Source: Felis catus (Eukaryota). From it: a DNA stretch of 64,000 nt. The notes under the pieces are model-generated. The model had not been told where the DNA came from, ran no database searches, and saw nothing but the letters and a program-made list of their open reading frames with translations. Positions 13,903-27,670 of this stretch are shown here, in pieces. Location: NCBI RefSeq assembly GCF_018350175.1, contig NC_058371.1:104346001-104410000 (forward strand). The letters run 5' to 3'. The stretch's first letter is position 1. Every line of letters starts with the position of its first letter. A program made the position numbers and the translations under genes.

Positions 13903-14448
13903 CAGCTGGCCCTTGAACAACATGATTGGAACTGTGTGGGTCCACTTATACATGGACTTTTTTCAATAAATACAGTACACTACTATAAATGTATTTTCTC
14001 TTCCTTATGATTTCCTTAGTAACATTTTCTTTTCTCTAGCTTATTTTATTGTAAGAATACGGTATAAAGGGGTGCCTGGGTGGCTTAGTTGGTTGAGCAT
14101 CCCACTCTTGATTTTGGCTCAGGTCACGATTCCAGGGTTGTGGGATTGAGCCCTGCATCAGGCTCTACACTGAGTGTGGAGCCTGCTTGGGATCTCTCTC
14201 TCCCTCCCTCTCTCCCTGCCCTTCTCCCACTCATGCTCACATTCAAGAGAAATAAATAAACATAAAAAGGAATACAGTATATAATACATATAACATACAA
14301 AATGTGTGTTAATCAATTGTATATGTTACGAGTGAGGCTTCTGGTCAAGAGTAGTTATTAAGTTTTGGGGGAGTCCAAAGTTATATGTGAAGTTTTTATT
14401 ATGTGGAGTATTGGCACTCCTAACCCCCCATCGTTTAAGGGCTAACTG
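13903..14448 (+). mobile_element. Tigger2-family MITE (Tigger2a-like) interrupted by a CAN-SINE
   Basis: Terminal inverted repeats cagctggcccttgaacaa / tcgtttaagggctaactg followed by TA. Confidence 0.85.
14069..14268 (+). mobile_element. CAN-SINE nested in the Tigger MITE
   Basis: TSD gaatacggtata / gaatacagtata. Confidence 0.9.
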
Positions 14449-15519
14449 TATATATAATACTGGCTAAATAGTTATTTTGTGACCTGTTTAAGACATAGAA
14501 GCTATGGGATGCTTTCCCCCACCCCACCAACCAATAATTTTATTCCTGAAAATACTTTACACTTTGATGACAAAGTTCCAGTGTTTTTTCCCCCTACAGT
14601 TGACCTATAGGAGAATTCCCGATATAGTGAATGGTGTCAAAATTAGTATAGACCTATGTACAATGTTTTTGTGGACTGACTCATTTAAGGCCCACAAGTT
14701 TATATTGCAGTTATATTTTTCATTGAATATTGGACACTCACTGGAAATTTTATAGGCTTCTGAACAAAATTCTCTTCAAGTGTGCTGTGATTTGTAACCA
14801 GTCACAGGGATTTAACTAGTAACAGAAGGAAGCCTATGATCTCTGTCACACCAATACATATACCCAAAGGCTAGAATCAAACCAGATCTCTATTGCAGCT
14901 CATGTGTTTGTCATATTTTCTGTAATTTAAAAATTTGTATTAATTTTTTGTTGTGGTTAATTATCACTTGGATAATAGAAAATATTTATAAGATTGAGGT
15001 TAGAGATATCATTGCCCCAATTTTATTTGTGCTTTTTGAAGAATTTTGATAAGGACTTAGAATAAACTACCAAATGTTCTTTCTCAGATTCCCTTTTCCA
15101 TCCTTAGTAAAAAACTGGTGTTTTTTGCTTAAGTGATAGGCTATTCTGAGGAATACAAGTCTGCAGGGTAAAGTGACTGGAATTCTTAGGTATAGTGTTA
15201 TTTATCACAGTTTTCATTGTTCATTTGTTTCAAATTATTTCACCCCCTTAAATAACTTATCTCAAATTTCTCAATGTTATTTTATCCCTAATTGTTGATG
15301 TTATATATAAAAGCTTCATATGATCATGGAAATAGAACATTGTCCTAACTTTACTATATGATACTAAAACTTTACTATTTGATATTTGATATTTTTTACT
15401 ACAGTTAACCTATTAGAGAATTATTTCATGTAGTGAATGGTATTGCTATTAGTAAAAGTAAAATTTTTATTAGTAAAAGTGCTATTAGCTTCAGTGACCA
15501 TGAGTCCTTTGAAGATAAC

Positions 15520-16050
15520 CTCTGTGCAAATCTAAACTATAGAACATTCTGTAAGATAACTGGCCTGGTCTCTTCAAAAAGTCAGTGTCATTGAACAAAA
15601 TGGAGGGAAGTACTATCTTGGACGTGATAGCCAAATGCAATGCATGAATTTTGGTTATTTTGATTAAAACAACTATCAAAAGAAAGTTTTTGAGAAAAAT
15701 TGGAAATCTGAATGTGGATTGGATTGTAGATGTTGATGGGGGGAATAATCGTTACTTTTCTTTGGAATTAGGAAGATATTGGGGTTAGCAGGAAACTTTT
15801 TATTTTTGTAAGATTCATCCTGGTGTACTTAAGGATGAGGTATTAGAATGTCTGTACCTTCCTTTAAAATAGTTCAACCAAAGATAAATAAGTAACTGTA
15901 TCTAAATTTAATACATTTAAACAAGTAAATATATTCACACATACATACGTAGATAAAACAAATGTGGCAAACATTATGAATTGTGGAATCCAGAGTAGGA
16001 TATTCATTTTATTTTCAACTTTTTTGGATTTTTCAAAAAGTTCATTAAAA
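15520..16050 (+). mobile_element. Old L1 (L1MC/ME-type) 3' UTR
   Basis: gaacattctgtaagataactggcctggtctcttcaaaaagtcagtgtca. Confidence 0.65.
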
Positions 16051-16947
16051 TTGGAAGAAAATGTTTATAATAAAATTTTTTGTAATAAATGCAATAAAAA
16101 AATTGGAAACGGAAAATCTCTGTAGATCATGTAAAGCAGAATTGCCTGAGTTTACAGCTGTCTTCAAGAACAGAGTACTTCAGTGCACAGCCTGGTTCTG
16201 TTCAAACCCTGTTACGACTGACCCCTGGTAGGTCTGAAGACCTGTCTTTCATTCTTTTCTGCCCCTCATGCTCTCTCACGTTTCCTATCCTCTTATGTCT
16301 TCCCTCATCAAGATGGAGACACCTTTGACCGTGGTGACTTAAAGTTTAGTTGGTTAAGTGATTATATGTATATCAAAACTGATTAGTTCTAGACTATTAC
16401 TTTTAACAGTGTGATACAATGAAAGACCTTTTCTCTCATTAAAACAATTCGAGGAATTCGCAAAGGGTCAGATGTAACTTGGGGGCAGTTGGGGAATTCA
16501 TCTGATTCAGAAGGTACAACTGACTTAAACGTTTATTGCTAACTTGGGCCTGGAGTGCGTAGTCAAAGTAGATAAACCATGGTATCTCTCTCTATCTGAG
16601 ATTTTTCAGCTACCTGGAGTTTTTGGTTCACAAAGATAAAACTGACCTTCACTTCCCTCTGGGCATTGCTGGTCATGACAAGTTTATATCCTATTACCAT
16701 GTGTATTCTTTTCCTAAGCCCCTCTGTGCACCATTATATTTTCTGGCATATTTGACATTGTTTTAGTAACTTTTGGGTCCTTTCTGAATGTGTGATAATA
16801 AGCCCATGTCTTGGTGAGTATTGTGTGTTTCCCTTTTAATAAGTGCTGGTATCTACTGCCTGGATCAGTTATGAAGTTTCTTATTCTTAGGAAGAGCATT
16901 AACATAATTTTGGTTTTATGATGCTATGACATTTTTGTTGCTTTTTA

Positions 16948-17171
16948 AAATTTTTTTTAATGTTTATTTTTGAGAGAGAAAGAGAGAGAGAGAGACAGAG
17001 CACAAGTAGGGGAGGGACAGAGAGAGAGACACACACAGAATCTGAAGCAGGCCCCGGGCTCCAAGCCTTCGGTACAGAGCCCGACGTGGGGCTCAAACTC
17101 ACGAACTGCGAGATCATGACCTGAGCTGAAGTTGGACACTTAACCAACTGACTGAGCCACCCAGGTGCCTC
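16948..17171 (-). mobile_element. Felid CAN-SINE
   Basis: Antisense, full length; TSD tttg(t/c)tgcttttta. Confidence 0.92.
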
Positions 17172-17531
17172 TTTGCTGCTTTTTATAAAGAATGCTTTAG
17201 AAAGCTTCCAGATAAAACACATGTAAATATTTGATTCTTTTACTTTTCAGATTGCATAATGAATTGCTATATATGCAAATATAGACATGCATTTAATGTA
17301 TTTACATATATCCATAGGTATGATACTTTATATTAACAGTGTAAAATGATGAAATGATATGATATAAATGATATGAAAATGACATAAATGATATAATGAC
17401 CATATGTGGAATTTAAAAAACAAACAAAGAGACAAACCAGAAAATAGACTTTTTAATACAGAAACAAACTGGTGGTTGCCAGAGGGGAGGTGGGTGAAAT
17501 AGATAAAGGGGATTAAAAGTTCATTTATCTT

Positions 17532-17707
17532 GGGGCGTGTGGGTCGCTGAGTCAGTTAAGTGTCCAACCCTTGATTTTGGCTCAGGTCTTGATCTCACAG
17601 CTGGTGAGTGCGAGCCCACATTGGGCTCTGTGCTGACAGTGCAGGGCCTGCTTGGGATTCTCTCTATCCCTCTCTCTCTCAAAATAAAAGTTGTTTTTTT
17701 TTTTTAA
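17532..17707 (+). mobile_element. CAN-SINE A (older), inside the L1
   Basis: Head ggggcgtgtgggt; TSD agttca(t/c)ttatcttg. Confidence 0.88.
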
Positions 17708-17720
17708 AAAAAGAGTTCAT

Positions 17721-17934
17721 GGGGCACCTGGGCGGCTCAGTCGGTTGAGCTGCCGACTTCGGCTCGGGTCATGATCTCACAGTCCGTGAGTTCGAGCCCC
17801 CCGTCAGGCTCTGTGCTGACAACTCAGAGCCTAGCGCCTGTTTCAGATTCTGTGTCTCCCTCTCTCTGACCCTCCCCCGTCCATGCTCTGTCTCTCTCTG
17901 TCTCAAAAATAAATAAACGTTTAAAAAATAAATT
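17721..17934 (+). mobile_element. Felid CAN-SINE B, inserted in the 3' TSD of SINE A
   Basis: TSD aaaaagagttca (17708-17719 / 17935-17946). Confidence 0.9.
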
Positions 17935-18538
17935 AAAAAGAGTTCACTTATCTTGATGAGCACTGAGAAGCATATAGAATTTTTGAATCACTGTATTGTA
18001 CACCTGAAACTAATATAACACTCTATGTTCATTATACTTGAATAAAAAAAAGAGTAAAATAAAAAAGAGCATAAAATGATGAGTTATATACATTTACCTT
18101 TGAATATATGTACAGCAGCATATGTCTGTAGAATCACATTTTATGTATTGGCATTTTGATTTTTATTACAAATTCAGCCTGGTCCTCTAATTTCTAATGA
18201 AAGCTCAACAACCCCAGTGATTTGGTATGATAGTGACCTCTACTGGTAAATACGCATTTTAAAAAAGTGTGGTCTTATTTATTTGATTTATTTTGAATAG
18301 TGTGTTCCCTCTCTGTAGGCAAAATGGAAGGCATTTTTTTTCCATTTATTTTTGTCATCATTCCAAGATAGTCTTAGTATAAGGATATTTCTATAAAGGA
18401 TAAATAAATAGGTCAGTGTGATTACCTTAAGAGAGTAATTTCATGGATCATTTTAACTGATTCATTAACTAATTGTATAGCATTTGAAAGTATTCACTGA
18501 TGCCTTATGTCAGCTAAACACTTAAAGTTAGCCTTTTA

Positions 18539-18722
18539 GCGGTGCCTGGGTGGCTCAGTCGGTTAGGCGTCAGACTCTTGATTTCAGCTCAGGTCAGGAT
18601 TTTGCTGTTGTGAGATCGAGCCCCACCTTGGTCTCCATGCTGGGTGTGGAGCCTGACATTCTCTCTCTCCCTCTCCCTTTGCCCTTTCCCGCTTCCATGC
18701 AATCTCTCTCTCTCAAAAAAAT
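18539..18722 (+). mobile_element. CAN-SINE
   Basis: TSD taaagttagccttt. Confidence 0.9.
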
Positions 18723-19597
18723 AAAGTTAGCCTTTAATTAATGATACAGTAAAAGGCCTTTTGGTGATATAACTCGTCTTTATTTTTATAAAAATTAGAT
18801 ATTAGGCCTAATTTTGCCAAACCTCTGAATTAAAAATGATGTGTAGTGACTTCAGCATTTTGAAAAAGGACTAAACCAATATTGACACTTCACCAGCAGA
18901 CTCTTCATTATGTTTCTAAAGTTGTTTATTGATAGAATCCAGGACTCTCCAATTCTCAGTCTTAAACACTTTGCCAATCCAAACTCTCTCCCATGAGATG
19001 AAATGCTAGGCAATTTTATGATGTCAGCTGTAAGCAAATCGTTCTTTTAGGCGTTCATTTCAGTTGAAAAGCATGACTTAGTATTTGTCCAACCAACCTA
19101 CTAATTATCTTTTATAAATTAGAATAACACATTGAAGACAGTTTTGAAATGTTAAGTGTAAAATGAAAATAAATATCCAGGGTTAACATTATACATAATT
19201 ATTAGAATCACATCATCAGTGAGATAAAGCACAGTAAAGCTGTTGTGAGTTGGGTTGCCTAAGAATTTTGGAAGGGAAGCTCGTCTCCAGGTGGCGGGAG
19301 GTTTTGGAGTTTCTGTGCTTCGTTTCATAAGAGCCATCCAATTAGAAGGGAAAAAATGGTATTTTAGTGCTGTAGTTTCATTGTTAGTTAACTTGATGTT
19401 AATTTATAAATGCACATTTTTATCATAAAATGAAAAATGGATAGAATTAATTCTTTAAGCTCACTTTCTTGGAATATATATACTAGTTAATACTTGTTAT
19501 TGATTTTTGTATTAGAAAACAGAATTATAGTAAATACAGTAACACTATAAAAAGTAGTAAAAAGGTTTTTACAATTTAAAAACCTGTGGATACTAAG

Positions 19598-19830
19598 TAG
19601 ATGAAGAGCATACACTCTGAAGTCAGACTGATTGAAATTTAAGTTCCATCTTTTACTAGCTGTAGGGCTTTTTGTAAATGATTTAACCCCTCAAAGCCTC
19701 AGTTTCTTCATCTGTAAAATGGGGATACTGATAGCGGGATTATAGTCAGGACTAGATGAGATAATATACACAAATGCTTCAGAAAATTTTTGGCACGCGT
19801 TAAGTACCAAGTCAGTGTTAGCTGTTGTTT
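19598..19830 (+). mobile_element. MIR
   Basis: Core gcctcagtttcttcatctgtaaaatggggata. Confidence 0.85.
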
Positions 19831-20002
19831 CCATGTCTCTGTGATGGAGTTTTCTGTCTTTGACTTGTATAGCCTGTGATTCCCATTTAGTTCTAAAGCA
19901 CATACATTTCTCACTGTGTCCAAGCTCCATGTTCCTGTCTTCTCAATAATTTATTCATATACATCCATTGATACTCACTGTGCAAAAAGCAGTGGATGTC
20001 AC

Positions 20003-20145
20003 AGTTAGCCCAAGTTCTCCAAGAAGCAAATGCCAAGACTAGATTAAATGTGCAGGAAATTTATTAGGGGAAACTCCCCGTGAGGCTAAAAGGGGACAGA
20101 GCTAGGAGAGCTGTGGACCTCCACACAAGTCTAACCTAGAGTGAG
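20003..20145. mobile_element. LTR16-like ERVL LTR fragment
   Basis: gttctccaagaagcaaatgccaagactagattaaatgtgcaggaaatttattaggg. Confidence 0.45.
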
Positions 20146-20680
20146 AGGGGAAAGAAGGGATGCGGGGGGATGGGCAAAAGAGGTGAAGGGGTAGGAGGTA
20201 CAGGCTTCCAGTTATGGAATGAGTAAGTCATGGGGATGAAGGGCATAGCCTAGGGAATATGGTCCATGGTATTGTAAAACCACCTGTGTGGTGACGGATG
20301 GGAGCTACACTTGTGGTACACAGCATAACATACAGAATTGCTGAATCCTGGGGCACCTGGGTGGCTCAGTCAGTTGAGCATCCAACTTCGGCTCAGGTCA
20401 TGATCTTGCAGTTCATGAGCTCGAGCTCCACATTGGGTTCTGTAATGACATCTCAGAGCCTGGGGCCTCCTTTGGATTCTGTGTGTGTCTCTCTCTCTCT
20501 CTCTCTGCCTCTCCCTTGCTTGCACTCTGTCTCTCTCTCAAAAGTAAGTAAATATTTGAAAAAAATTAAAAAAAAAAAAAGAATTGCTGAATCCCGTGTT
20601 GTACACCTGAAAGGAATGTTAACATTGTGTGTCAACTATACTTTCAGAAAATTTTTTGAAGATAAATTTTTAATTTAAAA
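20146..20680 (+). mobile_element. Carnivore L1 3' UTR with nested SINE
   Basis: ggaggtacaggcttccagttatggaatgagtaagtca...gtacacctgaaa; same family as 58194-58490. Confidence 0.85.
20350..20579 (+). mobile_element. Felid CAN-SINE
   Basis: Perfect TSD agaattgctgaatcc (20334-20348 / 20580-20594). Confidence 0.93.
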
Positions 20681-21062
20681 AAGTATCATAAAATATCTCA
20701 AAGCAGAAAAAAAGGAAGAGAGAAAAACTTAATAAAATTCTTTCAGGCATGTTTGATTTTCCCCTTGGTTTGAAATGTGTGAACGATTATGGGGGTGGAT
20801 AAAGCAAATAACTGAGGAAGTAAAACAGACAGGGACTGGACCTCAGTCATTCTATAAGCTGATGAAAAAATAAGACATGGAAGAAAATTTGTATGGATTT
20901 TACATAAATGGCACAAAAATCAACCTGCCCATTTAACGGTGGTAATAGCATTACTTATGACATTTTAAAACTTGTTTTAGAAATCTGAATAAGTATGGGT
21001 CTTTGTCTTTTCAAAACATTTAAATTGTAATAACTACCAAAGTTGTGAATCATCACTTTTAA

Positions 21063-21410
<348 letters not shown>

Positions 21411-22265
21411 TGATCTGCTGAGGGAAAATAAAATAGTTCATAACATCTCTTAAGGGATGGTTAGCTATACTCACATATTTTTCCCTCTACTTGGATCAGT
21501 TTTTTAATGTGTAATAATGAACTATCAACTAATTTTGAGGCAATTTATTACCTACTTAATGTCAGTGACATTCCTTAGATAATGTTGCTATAGTTCTTGA
21601 GTTTATCCTAAAAAATTAAGTTCCATTTGGCTCAAACTTATATAGCTGGTAATCTACTGCATTGAGCAGCTCTGTGGAGAAATGAGTATATTTTCTTTGA
21701 CAGCAAAGCTACAAAGATCAGTAGTATCTCAGACACTGAAAACTTTGAATTGTCATGTTTTCTGTCTCTGGAAAATCATTGCACTTTGAGGCAGCTGCCT
21801 TGATTTTGTTATTTGCAAATCTAGAAGACCCAATATGGGCAATAGAAACAGTGGCAGTCCTAAAGAAACACAAGTTTGTAGCATTGGTATCCCAGATAGT
21901 GTAGTGCTTTTTGGATTCTGCCCATCTTGTTAAGTTATTGAGACATCTGCTACACCAGTATAGTAAATAACTGCATAAATATTTGCTTAATATTACCAAA
22001 AGTTGCTTGAGAAGTTTACAATGAAAAAAAAGAAATATAGGATATTTATTACTTTTAATAATGTAAAGACTAATTGGTTTATATTGCATTTATGTGAACT
22101 TCATTGTTATTTGTACATTTTCTGCACTCCGATGTTATCTCAAGCTAATAAAAGATGAATATATTAGTGGTTTCAGATGTCCAGTATAGTTTACATAACA
22201 CCTAATGGGCAAATCAGTCTCTTCATAATTTGTACCTGTCTTGTTTTCTTTTTGTTTTTGTTTAG

Positions 22266-22353
22266 AATGAAAACACAGGAAGCGTAAGTCAACAGTTCAT
22301 TAGAAGTTTGCTTTGTACGCCTATAAAAAATGGAAAGAAGAATAAAGTGATAG
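22266..22353 (+). CDS. PDE5A: PDE5A exon 9 (88 nt, phase 0-1): [29 protein letters not shown](G)
   Basis: Long pyrimidine tract plus tttag acceptor, donor TAG|gtaaag; [13 protein letters not shown] motif. Confidence 0.96.
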
Positions 22354-25300
22354 GTAAAGCCTTTTACTAACCCATACTCTGGACTTATTAAAGAAAAAAT
22401 GTATTTCCAGAAGCTTTTTTCCTTCAAGTGTAAATTTAAGAAATAAAATGTTTGAAAAAAGATAAAAATTGGAATAATGAAAGTCGTTTGAAATAATTTT
22501 ACATTGATAAATGTTTATAGACATTGTTAAATATCTTAACTGTAACATATTTTTGTAATTATTATAATGCTATTTCAACAGAATATTTGTTGAAAAATGA
22601 TGTGTTGAAAGTTTGTAGACTGAGAAACATTAGGTCAATAATGTGTGTTGTTTTAGCTATCACTTCATGGCTCTGATTTTCTGGTAAATATGTGGTTTAG
22701 AGTTTAGAAGGTATTCATTTGTTCAAAAATATTTATTGAGCACTCTGCTGTTCTAGTGATCTGGAATAAATCAGCAAGCAATGTGGAAATCCCTGCCCTC
22801 AGGGAGCTTACATTCTAAGATTATAGAAAAATGTCTACTTCAGGAATGCTGGAAGAATGCATCCTCAGAACAAAATGGAATGATGTTTCCTATTATTGAC
22901 ACTTTTATTTCTTGGCATTACAAGTTATATTAAGAGTAGTACGGAAAATATGAGGTTTTCTATGTCAGCCGTGCATGATTGACACGTGAAAATAGTCTGA
23001 ACTGTTAACATTGTCTCAAGAACTTAGAAATAAAGGAAATATGAAGGCTTTCTAAAGGCTGAACTTTTAAATCAAAAGCCTAATGAAGTAAGGCTTAGAA
23101 ATGTCAATTTACCTTAAAGTAAAAGTCTGAATAGTTTCTAGGTTGCAAGACTTAACTATAATTTTATTGAAAGAGGGTATCAGAAAGATGGGGGAGGAGA
23201 GGTATTATTAATGAAAATAGAAAAAAAAAAAGACAAATACCTATCCAGATTCTGTCCAGCAGTCAGGGAATTTTTGTCCCTCAAGTGCAGATGGATGTAG
23301 TAAGTTGTGTCAGTCTGGGTAGAGTATTCTGACCAAGTGGCGAGGCCATCACTTAGGGGGCAGTGGATGTAGCAGGTTGTAGCCATCAGTGATTCCAGTG
23401 CCTTTGCTGGTGCACATCCTTCTTGCGAGACAGATACACCAGGGGATACTATGAAGCATCCCACCAATCAGACTTCCCTTGTTCTGATTATTTTTTTCCC
23501 AAGGTAGCTTAACTCATAGGAGGAGAATGCATTATTCATATACTTGAAAATATATGGATGGCTTTGACAGCTGTTTCTAGTTATAAATCAGTGAATTGGA
23601 CTTGAGGCAATGGACTGGAGTTGCAGGTGCGCATACTCCTATTCCCTGGGACAGATCTGTTTCTTGCTGTACATGAATATTCTGCTGTTAGATATCAGTC
23701 TTGTGAACTTAGTTACAGTGCCTCTACCCCCAGAGAAATGGCTCTGCCTTCAGTCATGGTAATCTAGTTTCTAAGGCTACAAGGCCAGGAGTCATATCCT
23801 GACTGTGGTGTGAATTGCCTAGTAAAGTCTCTAGAAACCAGCCTGGGGACTCCCAGCTGAGCTGTTTGGTCACCTGCACTCTTCACAGATCTCAGAGAGA
23901 AAAGTATAGGCTGCTGAATACATAGTATGGGAATTTTCTTTTCAAGATTATCATCCATGAGTTTGCTAACATAAGCAATAAGGAAACTGACAAGGGTGCC
24001 TTACAATATGATACCAAGTAAATGTTATATTATAAAAATTTTATTTGGTCGGGAGCGCAAGGTGAAAACTACATTGTAAATATTACGCTTCTTTAAAAGA
24101 ATGCTTTTTGATATAAGCTGCCTCTGACCTTTGCAAATGTGAAGTGAAATTCCAGAAGGGATGCATTATTTACTAGCAAGTTTTCATAATGAGGACTGAG
24201 TGGCAACTTGCTACATCAGGTCAGATCTTTGCTTTTCCTCAGCAGCATCTCTTTGGAATAATAATTGGGAATGGGGAGTAGCTGGAGGAAGTTCTCCATC
24301 AGGCTTTGTCATCACTTGACACAAATGTGAGCTGGTTCAGTGAAGTGCAAACAGCCCCAGGTGGGGAGGGGACTCAGCATCCATTTGGCTTCACTCTTCC
24401 TGTAGCCATTTAAAACATGAGCACATTATTCACCTCTGCCGAGTTGAACCTTTCAGATCTGTTCATTCTGTGATCCTGTCACGTTTCCTTCAAGTGAGCA
24501 AAAAAAAAAAAAAAAAAATCAAAAATACCAGTTGAAGTGATCAGACTTGGCATACATTTTGTGTCACCCTACTTGATAACAGAGCCAAAAGCAAGCAAAT
24601 GTTATCTTTGGAGAGGAAAAATTCCCTATTAATAAAAAGAAAGAAAAAAATGGGGGTTTTGGTGGGGGCTCAAGTTGATTCCAAGAAAGAGAAGGAACAT
24701 TTCCAGTGCTCCCTGCTGCTTAAAAGTGTGACAAAACAGAAAATTTGAATTCTTGCCTGTGTTTTGTGCCCACAGATGTGGCATGGAAAATGTCATGGCT
24801 GTAGATAATTTTTCTTGCATATCACAGGCCAGATTCCTCTATTATGTAATTCTAATAGAGAATCCCCATAGAGTTTCATGCGGAAAGGCAGACAGGACCA
24901 TGTGTTTTTTGTAATCTTCCTTCCCCCTCATATTTTTCTGTTACTGACATTTAGATGAAATTATAGACATTAGACCAGTGTGAGGCCTGTTGTATTCCCT
25001 GAGGCATTGTTTCATATCAAATGTTTTCTTAGTGCTCTGGCTAATAGAGAGTGTTTCTAGAGTTTTGCTTCCAGTGCTATTAAGGAAATATTTTTCTCAT
25101 TCAATATTCATTCATTTTAACCAGTTATTTCCCCTATTTATTAGGCTAAATATGCCTTTTTCCCAAATCATATTTACCAAAAATTCTTACTGCTATTTTC
25201 CATACCCATTTCGGGACAGATTTTGAAGAAATTAATCCCATTTCCATTCCCCCCCCCCCAAAAAAATGTTTAGAACATCTCCACTTTAAATAACTTACAT

Positions 25301-25385
25301 TTTTATCTCTTTGTTAATGAAAAATATAACAAAAATTGTAGCGTTATATTACACATTCTTGATCGTGAAGTATGGGAAATATGTA

Positions 25386-25544
25386 CAGTTGATTCTTCAA
25401 GGGAATTAGGGGGGACTGACACCCCCTCCCATGCAGTCTAAAATCCATGTATGACTTTTAAATCCCACCAAAGTTAACTACTAATAGCCTACTGTTAACC
25501 AGAAGTCTCCCCAGTAACAAAAACAGCTGATTAACACATATTTT
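25386..25544 (-). mobile_element. Tigger2-family MITE end, running into a gap
   Basis: TA+cagttga terminus; reverse complement of the 14300-14448 segment. Confidence 0.8.
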
Positions 25545-25741
25545 NNNNNNNNNNNNNNNNNNNNNNNNNNNNNNNNNNNNNNNNNNNNNNNNNNNNNNNN
25601 NNNNNNNNNNNNNNNNNNNNNNNNNNNNNNNNNNNNNNNNNNNNNNNNNNNNNNNNNNNNNNNNNNNNNNNNNNNNNNNNNNNNNNNNNNNNNNNNNNNN
25701 NNNNNNNNNNNNNNNNNNNNNNNNNNNNNNNNNNNNNNNNN
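25545..25741. other. 197-N assembly gap
   Basis: Direct read; abuts the Tigger2 MITE. Confidence 0.99.
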
Positions 25742-27456
25742 TGTGTTCTAAACTGATTGCTACCCTAACCCTCTGCTCATGTCTGTGTTGCAATTTGATT
25801 CTAAGGTATAGATAACTATTCTAAAATTATATGTTTAAATTTGACACTGCTTCACTTTATTTTTCATATGAAGTGTTACCATTTGGCAATATCACTAACT
25901 TCTCATTTGCTTATAGAAATATTTGCTAGGATTTTCCCAATGCAAGTATAATGAAACTGTGCAGTGTCATCCATGGTACACATTGCCTATAATGCTTAAC
26001 GTTATCTGGTTTTTTTCGCACAGAATTGTAAATTATGCTTAGTTATAATAAGTTCCAGGCAATGAGACTGTAGGGACAGTAATAATTGGAAGAAAATGAG
26101 AAAAAATTAAACTAAGAATGTATAAGTTAGAATTATAAAAGTGAAAATATATAAAATAAAAATAAATAAAGGATTATAGTTTTAAGAAATTATTGCAAAA
26201 ATAGCAAGACAAACTTTATAGTAGCACTAGAAAACAGAAGATTACCTTTACTGGACTAGAAATAGTGAGGGAATTTCTGGAAGATATGAGGTATATATCA
26301 TTTGTAAGAACGCATTTTACACAAAATGGGAAAAATTTGAATAGAGATGGCAATAATAATATCAGACAAAGTCAAATTTAAGGTAAAAACATACTGTAAA
26401 GGGTCACTTCGAAATTTATTAAACTTAAAATCCACCAAGACAGTGTAATTGTCATAAATATTTCTAATAAACTAGCATCATTGATATATAAAAGCTAAAG
26501 CTATTAAAAATAGAGGGAGAAATGGACAAAATGGAAGTCTTTAGAACACCACATCTCATAGAAAGTTAAACTCCAGGAAAAAATAAGGAAACATTAGCAT
26601 TAATATAAAAAAATGAAGTGGATTTAATAGGCAAATATAGATTTACTTATATTTCATAACCTAAAAATACAAATTCCTGTCAAATATCCATCAGAAACTT
26701 ACAAATATTAATGATACACACATATATAACACAAACTCGGTCATTTCCAAAACAGAATTGATGACCACTCTCATGAATCACAATGCATTGGAATTGGAAA
26801 TGCATAATAAAAGGACAAGTGGGAAGGAAAATTCTCACTTGGAAACTGAAAAGTATTCTCCTTTGTGATGATGGAGAAATCAAAAGCCAAAATGAGAGTA
26901 CCTCATTTTAGAAAATTGATGGTTGTATCAACATAACATAAAAACGCAAGGTATATGGTCAAAGCTATGCTCAGAGGAGAGATACAGCTTTAACTATTTT
27001 GTTATTATTAAGAAATAATAAAGTCATTTGAACTAAGAATTCAGTTGAAGAAATTAGAAAAACAGCACCCTCTCTTACTTCTATGCTGCCCCCCAATAAA
27101 GAAATAAATAGGAAGCAGAGAAAAGTAATTGAAATGATAAATTCATGAAATGGGAAGGGATAATGAAAAAAAGAGATAATGGGGAAACAATAATAATAAG
27201 CAAACCTGCAGCACATATAATGAGGATAATAAGAGAAAAACACAACTAACAATGAATAAAAAATAACAACTATTGCCCAGAGGAAATTCTAGCCAAAGCA
27301 GAGGGGAGGAGATGAAACAATGTGAGATACAGAAAAAGAAAAGGCAAAATAAAACAACTTCCAGATGATATGATTGTGAAGTGGAAAACCTAAGAGAATC
27401 AGCTGAAAGTATTTCTCTACAGAGAGTTCTAAAACTTCCTGGTTTTTAAATTATTT

Positions 27457-27670
27457 AAAAAAATTTTTTTTAACTTTTTTCTATTTTTGAGAGAAAGAGA
27501 CAGAGCGTGAGTGGGGGAGGGGCAGAGAGAGAGGGAGACACAGAATTGGAAGCAAGATCCAGGCTCTGAAATGTCGGCACAGAGCCCAGTGTGGGGCTTG
27601 AAGTCACAAACTGTGAGATCATGACCTGAGTCCAAGTCGGACGCTTAACTGTGAGCCACCCAGGCGCCCC
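27457..27670 (-). mobile_element. Felid CAN-SINE
   Basis: Antisense; TSD cctggtttt..attatt. Confidence 0.9.

Larger units (their letters stand above)
17401..18070 (+). mobile_element. Carnivore L1 3' end containing two nested SINEs
   Basis: aaactggtggttgccagaggggagg...tgtacacctgaaactaatataac, A tail; TSD taaaatgatga (17342-17352 / 18072-18082). Confidence 0.85.

Noticed and set aside
18405-18415. RORE-like TAAATAGGTCA
   Set aside because: A single degenerate motif in AT-rich DNA with no supporting context.
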